Positions 50,511 to 64,000 of a stretch of DNA of 64,000 bases are shown in pieces. Every line of letters starts with the position of its first letter. The stretch's first letter is position 1. The notes under the pieces were generated by a model that worked only from the letters and a program-made list of their open reading frames with translations, was not told where the DNA came from and did not search any database. The stretch comes from Balanoglossus misakiensis (Eukaryota; Animalia; Hemichordata), in the NCBI GenBank assembly GCA_040954595.2, contig CM082582.2, forward strand, positions 2,836,303-2,900,302, written 5' to 3'. Made by a program: the position numbers and the translations under genes.

Positions 50511-50710
50511 GATAGCATCCCTCTGGTTATGATATTGTTATCTGGCGCAGCGTTGTTGTAGATATTGATTAGACTCCCTCCGGCGATGATATTACCAATG
50601 AACCTATTGAAAAAAAAAAGAATGAATATTATTAATTAGATCAGATCAACAAATCATGGCGTTGTTCATCCCTCTGGTCACAGAAGCATCATCTGGCGTC
50701 GTTACAAGTT

Positions 50711-51106
50711 TAAGTTCATCCCTCCAGTACAGTATTAGGTGGCGGCGGCGTTACAAGTATTAAGTTCATCCCTCCAGTACAGTATTAGGTGGCGGCGTCG
50801 TTACAAGTATTAAGTTCATCCCTCCAGTACAGTATTAGGTGGCGGCGTCGTTACAAGTATTAAGTTCATCCCTCCAGTATAGTATTAGGTGGCGGCGTCG
50901 TTACAAGTATTAAGTTCATCTCTCCAGTACAGTATTAGGTGGCGGCGTCGTTACAAGTATTAAGTTCATCTCTCCAGTACAGTATTAGGTGGCGGCGTCG
51001 TTACAAGTATTAAGTTCATCTCTCCAGTACAGTATTAGGTGGCGGCGTCGTTACAAGTATTAAGTTCATCTCTCCAGTACAGTATTAGGTGGCGGCGTCG
51101 TTACAA
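50711..51106. repeat. 50-bp tandem repeat x8
   Basis: taagttcatc(c/t)ctccagtacagtattaggtggcggcgtcgttacaagtat. Confidence 0.97.
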
Positions 51107-51499
51107 ATGTTACACTCCCTCTAGCAGCAGTGTTACCAATGAACCTAATGTAAAAAAAGAATAAAATTATTTTAAAAAACTGATTAGATCAAGTCATCAT
51201 CATTGATTAAAAAACAATGATAAGAAGAAATCATTTAAAAATTAAAGCTGCCAGCACCATTGGTGGGGCCCAAACAGTTCCCATGGTTACCAGGGTTAGT
51301 ATGCCAAGGCTGTATTCTGCTGTGAATACTAAGATATAGGAAAGCTGGTAAAAGGTTACCCTGGGGTCACTGAAAATCGCGTCAGGGACACTGTGGTCTC
51401 ATTTAGTGATTACACTAAAAGAAGTCTACACAGGAGTACAGACAGACAGACACACACATAGAGGCAATAAAATCCGTTTAAATTCCCCCCTAGCCTTTG

Positions 51500-54400
51500 C
51501 CGGCGCCCAAAGAAGTCGACTCATCAATTCTAGAAAAGTAGACTTTTTGCCAAAAATGATGAAAAAATGCATAAAAATAGAATATTCAAACTATTAGTTC
51601 AAAAAAATATAGGACTGTATGTGGTTGACATAAGGTACTTGCATACCAATTGTCAAATCAATCTGACCAGTGGTTGTCGAGTTTCTGAGTTTTGACCAAT
51701 TTCACATTGTCCCAGCTAATTTGCATTAATTCAAAAAGTTTAACTGAATATGGCTGCCAGGTCAAATAACTGATTTGAATTTCAAGGTGCACACTCGTTG
51801 GCAAGGACAGCTGTGACAAATTTGAGAAGCCTAGGTGTGGCAGCTTTTCAGAGCCAGGTGTGCAAAAAAAATCCAGGAAATGGGGCCCAAGCTCCTGAAA
51901 AAAAACAGCACAATACCAAAAAGGGACTGATATTACTAACAAAATGTAAGCCTGTAAGAAGTCAAAAGCTGCATATCTTTTTACCACCTTGTGTCAGTAC
52001 TAAGCAATAAGACTTTTTATAGAGTTGCTGTTTTAGTGGTCTTTGCAGATGCTAGAGATTAAAAAAGAATCCTACAAGTTAAGATTTTCAGAAACAATGA
52101 TAGCTATATCAATTACTGTTTGAAAACATGTGATGTTCACCACCTTGTTTTCAGAAAAGTATTTAAATAAATGTTTTTCCAAAGAGTTAAAACAAAGATT
52201 GGCAGCCATCTTGAACTTCAAAAAACTGCAACAATATCCCATATGCAACAAATATGCAAATTATACTATTTGACACCTGACTTTAGGGCAAGGGGTTTCA
52301 GAGAAGAGGACTACTCTTCAGACTCAGACATAAAATAATAATGCAATATTCAGCAGAATTTTAAAAAAATGACTAAGATCACTCAGGGACAATTCACAAC
52401 AAAGATCGAAACAATTAGACGTACCAATTTTAAAGATCATTATGAAAACTTTACAGATTCGGTCATAATGTAAACAAATAATATCACCCCTGTGGACATG
52501 ACAATCAGATATGCATATTCTAATATTTAAGTCCAAATAAAAAGGCAACTGCCCCCAAAATACAAAATTGCAAGTTATGTCACAAACCTCATGGAGATAC
52601 ATACTAAATTTCAGAGAAAATTCCCCCCCCCAAAAAAAAAAAATATGCAAATTTCACCACATTTTGAAGAAACAACTTGCGTTATCCCTAGAAACTTGCA
52701 TAGTGAAAGAAATCCTACAAGCTTACTTCTTCTTCCAAAGACAGCAAAAACTCGTTTCAAACTACAAATATGCAGAATTCAACACAATTTGAACACGCAT
52801 TACTTCGCTACCCCCAGAAACCTGCATACCAAATTTGAAAGCACTTGCACCAGTGATTTCAGAAAAGAAAAAGTGTTGACAGACATAGGATGACTGAACA
52901 TCTATCTACCTGTCTGATAACATTTGCAGTGCTAAGAGCAGAGCTAGAGATTGGTGTTGCCTTTTCACATTTTAAATCATCACACTTTGCTTCTCTAAGC
53001 TACTATTCTGCTCTGCTTGAGAAATGACTTGGGACCATTTTTGGCAAACAATAGTCACTTATCTTCCTGAGTTTATAGTACAATGTACCTACACTGTTTT
53101 AGTAATGTACTGATTATGTTCAGACTTTTTCTTGTGTCTGCATATGTCTTTATTACAGAGGAATAATCTATCGGTTGTCATTTCTCTGTTTACTCAGAAA
53201 TAAACTAGTCTGAGTTGAAACAGTAGAAATTTTAAAATTTTCATACCTATTTCAGAAGAGAGTTCAAAACCAATACCTTTGGGAAGCATTAAATCAAATT
53301 TGCTGGGTAACTGTGGATTTATAACTTTGGCTAATTACAGTGCTAACTCACACTGGATGAGTCGATGGTATTTTTAGATTCAGATCAAAATATAAAGAAC
53401 AGTACAAAGTGGCAAAATGGGATTGTTTTGTGAAAGCAAGTGGCTTGCATTGAGAGACAATAGGGTACTATACATAGGCCAAGTTGCTCAAAAAGCATGG
53501 AGAAATTACTTTTGATGAATGCATGGATGGGATGCGTTTCATTACTGTCAGTATTAATTGTCTTTTTTCGTGGTCCAAGCAATACCTTCTAAATTGAAAC
53601 CAGTTCTATCACTGCTTTTATCACAGTTTAGTTAACTTGAAATAAATATGGGTTATATCATTACTCATACCATTGGTGTTGTCTTATCATTTTTCACTGG
53701 AGATAGGAAGGCGAGATTGCGACTTACAGCATTAGATTATTACGTTTTGAACCCTTCTGTTATGAAGGAAATAGTTTCAGCCTATACTATTTAAGATAAG
53801 AATCCTTTGGAATCAGTCTGCATTTTCTCGGCAGATTTTTATTGAAAATAATAGTTTTATCGACAGTCACAAGCTGAGTACAACCAGAGTTTTGATCGGC
53901 TACCAGCTATTATCAACAAATAGTTTAAAGGATACGAATTTTGATGGAAAATTGCAAAAATTGCCCCAAGAACACAAATTTCACTAACATTTTACAACAT
54001 CTTACTTGGGTAACCTCAAGGAACGTTCCAACCAAATTTAAAAGCAATCTGACGAGGGATTTCAGAGAAAATGATTTTTGAGCAAAATTGGTAAAAATCT
54101 CCCAAACTTACAAATAGGCAATTTACAAAAGCCACCTTAGATCAAATATAGGAAGCTTCATGCTAAATTTTAAAGAAATTGGCTATCACTTCCATAAATT
54201 GTTTATTTACAAAAAATATGGAAAAGTCCAAACAAACATAAAAAATAGAAAATTCATGATATGAGCTCAAAACATGCAGGACTTTGAAGTCGTCATGCAT
54301 ACAAATTTATAAAGCAATTTGCCCAGTAGTTGATGAGTTTAGACCAATTTAACGTTTTTCAAGCTCATTTGCACATTTTTGGCCATGACAACTTAAACAA

Positions 54401-57400
54401 AATTATATCTACAGAACAGCCTTTACACTCCAAATATTGCGGCTATAAGTTTTTGTTGTGGATGGACATAGATACAGAAGCAGCTGAATCGCATAAGGTC
54501 CCAGTGGTATACACATATATTGAATGGGGCCTACAAAGATTGACTAAATTTACAATCAATCTGACAAGTAGTTTCAAACAATTTTTGATGAAAAGTTGCA
54601 AAATTTCCCAAAAGTTTCACCAAATTTCACACCAACAGTTTACTTAGGTTTACACCCCTCGCCTGAGTAGGAACATGCCTTCCAAATTTCAAAGCTATCT
54701 GACAAAAAGTTTCAGAAAAACGATTTTCGACTCGGAACGGCAAAAATTGACCAAACATTACAAATATGCAAAACTGGCAACAATTTGCGCCAAACTAACT
54801 AAGATCACAAAATGAAGGAAAAAAATCTCCAATGAGTTGAAATGAGAAATCCATGTACACAAACATTTGTGAAATACTTCCCCTATACCCTTAATACAAT
54901 TAGGTACCCTATTCAAATAGTCATAATCAACCCACTTCTTGATCGTGGAGGATAGCACTACATAAAGGTTACCAAGTGGAGAATATTCATCCGACAAGTG
55001 AATATTAGAGGTGTGCATAATAAACCAACGGTGGATTGCTGCCCCAATAAAATTGAGAGGGTGAATTAACTATTTGATTAAAAACAGTAACATATAAACT
55101 GGCTATGAAGCATGTATACAACAAGTTGTGGTTACCAGAAAAAGGTACTTGACGGGGCCGCAAGGGTCTTTAACATAGGGTCCAAGGTCTTCTCCCCCTC
55201 CTGCACAGCCTAATGATGACCATTTAAGACAGTCCACCTGTGAATCAAATATATGTGCATGTTTATAAGTAACCAATCACAAACTTGCATTATGTCATAC
55301 TAATAAGTCAAAATATGCAGAACATGGTATAATGTAGGGTCAAGGCTATGTTGTGACAACGCATAACAATAGAATACTTAGCAGATAAATCTGTGAAACA
55401 GCAATTTTGAAACTCCATTTACATCTGACTAAGTAATAGTACTGCAGAGTATAGAAGCTCCATATGGGTATACTCTTACATGGCAATCAGGTGACAAATG
55501 ATATTTATGTGTAAACAACAAAAACATGCACACAGACTTAATAACACTGTACCTAAAACATACCCACCCATGGACGGCAAACAAATAATTAAATTCAAGG
55601 CGCCTATATACAATTATAGCTATGGGTAATTCTGCCAATTCTAAATGTGTCCAAACTGAATTTATGTCCAGTTCATTCACCTCATCATAATCACATTACA
55701 GGAAATCAATAATGCCCTAAAAAAGCAAATATAGATGAACTCATGCTTACCAGAAAGTAGTCTTAACCAAGCTTCAGCGCACAGGAGAACGAGAAACCCT
55801 GGACCAGTTGAAATTGCGACAATCATGGCTTCCATCTGTGAATGAAATATGCATAGCAGTTAGTAACAAATCATAAACCTGTAGGTCGCAATATATGGGA
55901 TGTGATATAAGGGAGTGTTGAGAATATACTTCCCCAGGAATTGAGGTGGCTGTAGGATTTCCAGGGGGCCATCGATTTTTTTACATGAGAAATTGGGGGG
56001 GGGGGGGGGCACATAACACCAGACTTTTAGGGATGGCTATGAAAAAATAGCGTCAAGGACACTGTGGTCCCATTTGAGGATTACACGGAATTAGTTATAG
56101 ACAAGAATAAAAATCACATGCGACACTGGCAAGCAGATATGACCTAACCACATATAAATATGAAAATGTAAAAAAATTAACAAGGACCATGCCCAATAGA
56201 CTGTCATGTGTCATGGCAGTCTTACAAGTGATGCAAGAAAAATTTATGTTTGACCAAAAATTGTGTGTAGAAACACACATGACAAGCAACTTCTTACAGT
56301 CAGCCCTTGGACAGACTGACAGACATTCAATAGCTAATGGTCTCTGTAACAGCTGGCCTATTAAGTTATGTAAACATGTAGTGTAAACAGTCTCGGGGTA
56401 CCAATACCTTGTAAACAGTTACTTTCAATGCAACTGGACATGAGTTTAGAAGATTTGCTAACCAAAATCAATAATTTGCAAAAAACTCGCTAAATATTTG
56501 TTCAAAAGTGGCAAAAACACATACAAGCAAATATCACCAAAATTGTTCAAAATCCTAACTTCAATCACCACAAGGAACATGCCTGCCAAAAAGCGAATCA
56601 ATCAAAGCAATCTGACAAGCGGTTTCAGACGGGAAAAATAACAAAAAAATTATCATCAAAATTATAAATATGTAACTTTTTGCAATAATTTGAACAAAAC
56701 CATGGTTGCTCAGACAACCTATAAGAAGCTTCATACTAAATTTCAAAGAAGTAGGCCGATCACTTTCAGAAATGAAGATTTTTTACCAATAATGTTGAAA
56801 AATTAATATAAACAAATGCATCAAAAATAGAAAATCAATATTAGCTCTAAACATACAGGACTGTTTGAGGTAGACATAAGGTACCTGCATACCAATTTCC
56901 AAATTAATCTGATTAGTAGTTGGTGAGTTTGAGTTTTGACCCATTTCATATTTTTCCACCTAATTTGCATATTTTTTAAAGTCAATGACAACTCCATTTG
57001 AAGAAACTCCCTTTTACAGCCCAGCATGCATCTACACACCAAATATCAAGGTGATACACGCAGCGGTTTTCAAGTTTTTGATGTGGACGGATATACAGAC
57101 ATACATCAATCCATACATACAGACGCAACTGATTCCATTAGGTCCCAAATGGGACCTAAAAGTTCAAAGCAACCTGACAAGCGCTTTCAGAGAAAAAAGT
57201 TTTTGATAAAAATTGTACAAAAATTCCCCAATAACACAAGCACGCAATTTTAAGCATATTTTACATCTTACTTGGGTTACCCCCTAGGAATCTGCGTACC
57301 AAATTTCAAAGCATTCTGAGCAAAAATGGCAAAAATTGTTCAAAATTAAAAATGCCAATTTTACAACAATTTCGATTTGAACAAAACTATGGTAACTCGG

Positions 57401-60400
57401 ACCACCTATAGGCAGCTTCATACTATATTTTGAAGGAGTCAGTCTATCGCTTTCAGAAATGAAGATGTTTTTACCAATAATGCAGAAAAAGACAAAACGA
57501 TAAAAAATAGAAAATTCATAATATTAGCTCAAACCTACAGGACAGTATGGCGTTTATTGACATATTTATATGAATATGGATAGCGTATGATGGGGGAGGG
57601 AGTATAAATTCTGAGGGTGTCATCAATTTTTTGTCATAACTTTTGGGGGGCATATAAAAAAATAACCTAAAATGTAGGAAATCCTACACCCCCCCCCCAA
57701 GCTTTCATTCTTGCCAACAACTTTTTATAAAGGCCTCTGCAGTTTTGAAAGAAAGATTGCCTGCTATGTTAGACTATCAATCTACAGAGGGGATGAAAAA
57801 TCCTATGTGAAGTGTCCAGTTTTTGATCAACTTCCGTAAGTTTCAACAGGTAAAAATATACCCGTAAATGTTTATCAACTTCACTACGTCTGAAACAGTA
57901 TGCTTGCAAATGTATTAATATAGTCAGATAACATGAATAGTGAAGATAGCAAAACAAACAGGTTTATGCTTATGGCCATACCTACTATTAGCGATTGACA
58001 TGTTGTACATAGCAAATTATTGTTTGGAGTTATGATCAACATGTTTTTATTGCATAAAGTATATTTATTGCATGTTTCGTTTTACTCTGGAGAGAAATCT
58101 GTCCAAAGACGTTTACAGACTTGATGGGGATGATTTTGAATAGTGTTCTCAAAAACCTGCAATTTCATGCCCTATATTATGAAGTTGAGGAGGGGTTGTA
58201 TTCCTAGTAGGATGTTAAAATCACTGGAGAGAAACCATGTCAGTATAAAAAATTGCTAGTGGTGGTATCAAAGTTTGAAGATACCCAACATGATAAAATC
58301 AGTGTCCACACAAGTTTTAAGCAGCTTGCAGGACTGTAAATAGCAAGTAATTCAAGTGTGTGTTTTTCAACCCAACATAACAAGTGGACTGATGAACTGA
58401 CTAATGATCTCTGAAATGCCTAAATGTTTTTGGACATTGGCTAATCTAGGGGCTAAAAGTGTCTAATGGGAGACCTGTTCGAGACGATTTTGTGATATCA
58501 AGAAATCATGGAATACCTGCTCAAAAATTTTGAGTGACCTGCCACTGGGTAATTCAAAATAGAATAGCTGGTGGTCTGTGTAAAAGCTGGCATATTAAAT
58601 TTACGTAAACATGTGGTGAATACAGTCTAAGTTGGGTATACCATCACCTTGTTAACATACAGTAACTTTCAAAGAAACTGGGCAATTGGTTCAAGAGAAG
58701 ATTTGCTATCCAAAAACCAAGAATTTATAACAAAACTACCTAAATATTAAAAACCAGACTTTAATAAAAGTCGCACATACAGGTACATGTGTTATGAAAT
58801 TGTAAACTAACTTCCAAAGCAATCAGAAAAAATAGTATTACCCCTAGGAATATTCCTACCAAATTTCAATGCAATCAAAAGAACAGTTTCAAAGAAAAAC
58901 ACATTTGTTCAAAAGTGGCAAAAACACAAATATGCAAAAATCACTATAATTGTACACCATCTTATTTTAATCACTACAAGGAACATTTCTGCCAAAGTTT
59001 GAGATTTGGGGACCTAACCCACCATAAATTGCAACAGAATTTTTTTCTTCAGAATATATTTTGGAGAGGTGTCTAGATTAATTGAACCCGAATCCACCTT
59101 GTAGAAATATTTCTAATTTGCATACATTTAATATTGAAAATTTTGGGGCCAAATATCAAGAAATAAACACGACCTTTTCTATGATTTTAAAGTATAAAAA
59201 TATTTCATGTACATTAAGAACCATCTTGAAGTAATATTTGACATGGGCAGATTTCATAATTTGCATAAATTCAATATGCTGAACAGTATTCCTAGAGTCC
59301 CATATTTGGGCTGTATATTGGGTATTACACAAGCTATTTTAGTGTTTTTATTCAAAACTATCTCTATGACATTTGGAACAATTTTGAAAAAAAAAAAAAG
59401 TTTACGTTTGCACTTTATATTTTGAATAAATTCAATATGGCCACCAAATGAATGTTCTACAGCTTATCATACTCCAGCATATGTAATATAACCTCATACT
59501 AAATTTAGAAGGATTCAGACTATCGCTTTCAGAAGTGAAGATTTTTTTTGCCAATAATGTGGAAAAAGAAAAAAAAATTAATAAACATTAGAAAATTCAT
59601 AATATTAGCTCAAAACATACAGGACTGTATGGGTTCATTGACATACCAATTTTCAGATCAATCTGACCAGTGGTTGTCGAGTTTCTGACTTTTGACCAAA
59701 TTTCACATTTTCACAGGTAATACTTTCGGCAATGACAACCTCATTTGAACAAAATCCCATCTACAGCCCCGACAGCATCTACACACTAAATATGGAAGAT
59801 TTTTTACTGCTAATGTGGAAAGAAACAAAAAATGCATAAAAAAATCACATTATTAGCCCACAACATATAGAATTGTGTGAGGTTAACGTAAGGTACATGC
59901 ATACCAATTTTCAATTTTGAAAGCAATTTGCCCAGTAGTTGTCGAGTTTCAGAGTTGACGAATTAGACACTTTCCCAGTTAATTTGCATATTTTGGCAAT
60001 GACAACTTCATTTAGACAAACTCCCATCTACCCCTGTGCCTGCATCTCCACACTAAATATCAAGGTTTCCAAGTGTTTGATGTTGACGGACATACAAACA
60101 TCCATACATACATCAGGTGCAACTGATCCAATAAGGTCCCATGGTATAAATACAAATACCAAATGGGACCTAACAATTCTGATAAAATGCCTACATAGCT
60201 AGTGTAAAAACACTTGTACCTTCAACGCCCTTGGACAACACATTTTTGTAACTTCCCCAGATCAATGGCTAATATGACTTTCCAAAGGCGACTAAAAAAT
60301 TTTTTTTTGGGGGGGGGGGGGGCCTGATGCAAATTCTGATACATGTACTTCATGATTTAGAGGTATGGTGAAAATCCTGTCAACCGAATTACAGGGAAAT

Positions 60401-63400
60401 CAGATTTTCCATGTAAAATCATATCACCCAAAAATGTCAAAAGTGTCGAAAATAATTTTGAAACAAAAAGTCTACTCAAAATCATACCAAAATTTAAAGT
60501 TTAATGCAGTTGGGCAAGTAATTTGAGAATGAGGAAATTTACAAAATAATTTATAAATAATTTACAAATGCCGCACACAAACTTACAATTACTACCATGG
60601 TACCAGCAGAGACATTGCGATCGAGCAATCCCCAAGATATACATGACATGGTCTAATTACAAATATTGAATATGTAAAATAAGTACACAACACTTCCAGT
60701 CTTTCAGTACAGTCAGCTGCTTGTGAACAATTTGCAGGTAAGTATTTCATCAAATTTACAGACCAATTCATGCCTATGCAATTCTCCCCTGAAATACGTT
60801 TTAAGCTACCCTAAGTGAGTGATGAAAATCTCATATTGTCGACAATTTCAAGATGGCCGATTTTTGCCATGTTAAAGAAATGGGAGTTCATAAGCTAAAG
60901 TGATAATGGGTCATTCTTGAACTTTTTAACAGAAAAAATAACAAAATGTGAAAAAAGTTTAATGAGTTTAATATGCTAACTACAGAGAACGACATGTTTG
61001 ACCAAAGCATGAAATACAAAAAATGTATCATTTCTTCCATCTCTTACTACAGTGGGTTGTGGACTTTTCGCCCAGAATGCAATGTGATTTGACCCCCTAG
61101 CGCAAAGTGAAAACCTATTTAAGGCAGCCAGAATGATCTGCACAGTATGACGGGAAACATTTGTAAAGTCATGGCTAGCGTGGGCTGGTAAGTTTATGGG
61201 ACTCTCCATGATAACCGATTGTGGCTTGCCACCACCATAATTTTGAAAGGGCGACTTCACTGTTTGATGGGAAAAGGTAGCATTTACAAACAAGCTATGG
61301 AGCATGTATACAGCAAGTTGTGCTTACCGGAAAGCGGTCTTGGAAAAGGCCTAGGTATTCTCTTCCTCCTCCGGCATACGTTGAAATGCTGTGTTTAAGA
61401 CTGTGAATCAAATATATGCAAATATTAATTAGTAACCAATCAACTTTGTTTTAGAATTATGTGGGCCATACTAATTAGTGAAAATATGCAAAACATGGTA
61501 TAATGTACGGTCAGACTGTGCTGCGATAATGTACAACAGTGGAATACGTCGATCTTAAAACTCCATTTACATCAGTACTGCAGTAAAGTGGTCCACATGG
61601 GTATATACCCCAAACATTGCAATTAGGTGACAACTGAAACTGACATGATATCAGATTCTGTAAATGACAGAAGGTGTACACGCACTTTGACATCTATGTA
61701 ACACTGTACAATGATTTCTTTGTTTGTTGTGAAAATGAAACTTGCATTTGATCCATCTCACTTTTCATACAACTGATTAGCATAAGAATGTACATTGTGG
61801 GCAATTATAAAACATTTATTTAAGTATAGAAAAGTAAACCTTAAAATTTAAACTTTAAATATCAGTATACTAAAATGTTTCAAACGTGGCTGTCAGTATA
61901 TCTCATGGCGTGGTGGCGGAAGTAGATGTTGTTACCAGGGAAGACATATTGAACACAGACAAGCCCAATAGTCGCTTGGTGATTTTTTATCTTTATAAAG
62001 ATTCTCAAAACTTTTTGTGCATTTAGTAGCTTTGAGCAAGTTTCTGGTACTGATCAGATTTCCGAATTCAGGACTGCGCTTTTCTGGCTTTGGTCACCAT
62101 CAGCCAATGTGATCTTACGCACACATTTTTGAAAAAAAAATCCAGCCTGTTTGTGTCATGATTTATATTTTTCTTTGCGGCCTAAGGTATTGTTTTATTT
62201 CACTCTAAACAACATTACTTTCCTTCATGTGTCTATACATAATAATAGATCTCTTAGCCAGTTTGATTAAGCATGGTGTTGGACTAGCACACTTTCAGCC
62301 AAAGTTACGGTATCTCCCTGTGTATTGATATGGGAGTAATTTCTAGCTATATGGTTAAGGAAATCCATCCAAATTTAATTTATGCATCACATGAAGATTT
62401 GAACTTGACCATTTAATTCATGTCATCACGATCATATCACAGGCAATCGAGGCCAGAATTCGAAGGGAAAAAAAAGTATTGATAACTGGAATATGTAAAT
62501 TAGTTCGTAGACATACAAATTGCTTCCTATTGCTTCGGTTGCAACGCCCGATAAAAGCAAATATATAGCAAGTCATGCTTACCATTGAGCGGTCTTAAAC
62601 TCGCCCCAGACGAGGAAGAGAATCCTGAGTTGAAATGCAGGCAATCTCAGGCAGCATCTGAGAATCAAATAGACCTAGAAGTTAGTAACCAGTCATAGTA
62701 GCTCTAAGTTGGATGTAAAAGTCTAAGTTGGGTGTACCAACTCACCTTGTTAACAGTAACTTTCAAAGAAACTGGGCAATTGGTTCAAGAGAAGATTTGC
62801 TATCCAAAAACAAAGAATTTACAACAAAACTACCTAAATATTAAAAAACAGACTTTAATAAAAGTCGCACATACAGGTACATGTGTTATGAAATTGTAAA
62901 CCAACTTCTAAAGCAATCAGAAAAAAAATTTGGGTTACCCCTAGGAATTTTCCTACCATATTTCAAAGCCATCAAAAAAGCAGTTTCAAAGAAAAACACA
63001 TTTGTTCAAAAGTGGCAAAAACACAAATATGCAAAAATCACTACAATTGTACACCATCTTACTTCAATCACTACAAGGAACATTCCTGCCAAAGTTCAAA
63101 GCAACCAGACAACGGTTTGAACGTTTTCAGAGAAAGCAGTTTTTGACAAAGATTGCATAAAATATCTCCAAATAAGACAAAGATGAAGTTTTAACCATTT
63201 TTAAGACATCTCACTTGGGTTACCCCTGGGAATCTGCCTACCAAATTGCAAAGCATTCTGACCAAAATTGGCATAATTGCTCAAAATTATAAATATGCCT
63301 ATTTTACAACAATCTGAACAAAAAATATGGTAACTCGGACCACCTTTAGGAAGCTTCATACTAAATTTCGAAGGAGTCGGACTATCGCTTTCAGAAGTGA

Positions 63401-64000
63401 AGATTTTTTTACCAATAATTTGGAAAAAGACAAAAAATTAATAAACATTAGAAAATTCATAATATTAGCTCAAAGCATACAGGACTGTATGGGGTTTATT
63501 GACATACAAGTTTTCAGATCAATCTGACCAGTGGTTGCTGAGTTTCTGACTTTTGACCAATTTCACATTTTCACAGGTAATACTTTTGGCAATGGCAACC
63601 TCATTTGAACAAAATCCCATCTACAGCCCCGCCTTCATCTACACACTAAATATGGAAGTGATATGCACAGCAGTTTTCATCCGTTCATCCATACATACAG
63701 ATGCAAGTCATTCCATAAGGTCCCAATCGTATATATATATATACACAAACCAAATGCCATGGGACCTAAAAATTGCTACAAAATTAAAATACACAAATTT
63801 TGCAACACTTTAATCAAAACTATGGTAACTCAGATCACCTGCGAAGCTTCATACTAAATTTCAAACAAGTCAGCTGATCAATTCCAGAAAAGTAGATTTT
63901 TTACCGATAATGTGGAGACAAAAAATGCATAAACATTGGAAATTCACATAAGCTGACAACATAAAGGGCTGTGTGAGGTTACTATAAGGTACATGCATAT
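51500..64000 (-). repeat. Dense field of diverged non-autonomous Helentron/HINE-like core repeats with local segmental duplications
   Basis: Recurrent cataccaaattt(c)aaagcaatctgac..g.tttcagag motifs; 58625-58995 matches 62720-63090, and 59495-59800 matches 63357-63657. Confidence 0.6.
55136..62657 (-). other. Four related short spliced exons (62657-62583, 61400-61328, 55835-55751, 55237-55136) of an unidentified transcript
   Basis: Each is bounded on the minus strand by an attt(g/c)attc(a/t)cag acceptor and a gtaagc/gtaacc donor; shared ATTTCAAC and AAGAC motifs. Confidence 0.45.

Noticed and set aside
39200-51106. CRISPR-like array interpretation of the tandem repeats
   Set aside because: Units are contiguous with no unique spacers, no cas genes are present, and the context is eukaryotic
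51400-64000. Many 60-110-aa ORFs in the distal region
   Set aside because: No recognisable domains; they overlap degenerate dispersed repeats

Overview
This is an AT-rich eukaryotic window with GT-AG spliceosomal introns, probably from a marine invertebrate (inferred from the transposon types), and it is dominated by mobile elements and satellites. From left to right: (1) a decayed DIRS/Ngaro-type tyrosine-recombinase retrotransposon (1-1.9 kb); (2) small MITEs and L2-like LINE tails, plus a minus-strand multi-exon gene for an acidic S/T-rich single-pass membrane protein disrupted by a 57-bp insertion; (3) a plus-strand ankyrin-repeat gene with one repeat per phase-0 exon, expanded by ~270-bp exon+intron tandem duplication and cut off at 13208; (4) a ~530-bp tandem array with Pol III-like A/B-box and T-run signals, containing a 5'-truncated Tx1/L1 LINE; (5) a ~20-kb Helentron (about 19129-39203) with a decayed OTU-Rep-Pif1 helicase-endonuclease ORF and an apparently intact six-exon, 274-aa OB-fold (RPA/SSB-like) gene; (6) a ~9.5-kb 90-bp satellite containing a full-length hAT transposon with a 5-bp TSD (hAT5-like); (7) a repeat-rich tail with local segmental duplications and related short minus-strand exons. 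No prokaryotic genes, CRISPR array, rRNA or complete tRNA were seen. All calls were made by eye without database searches.
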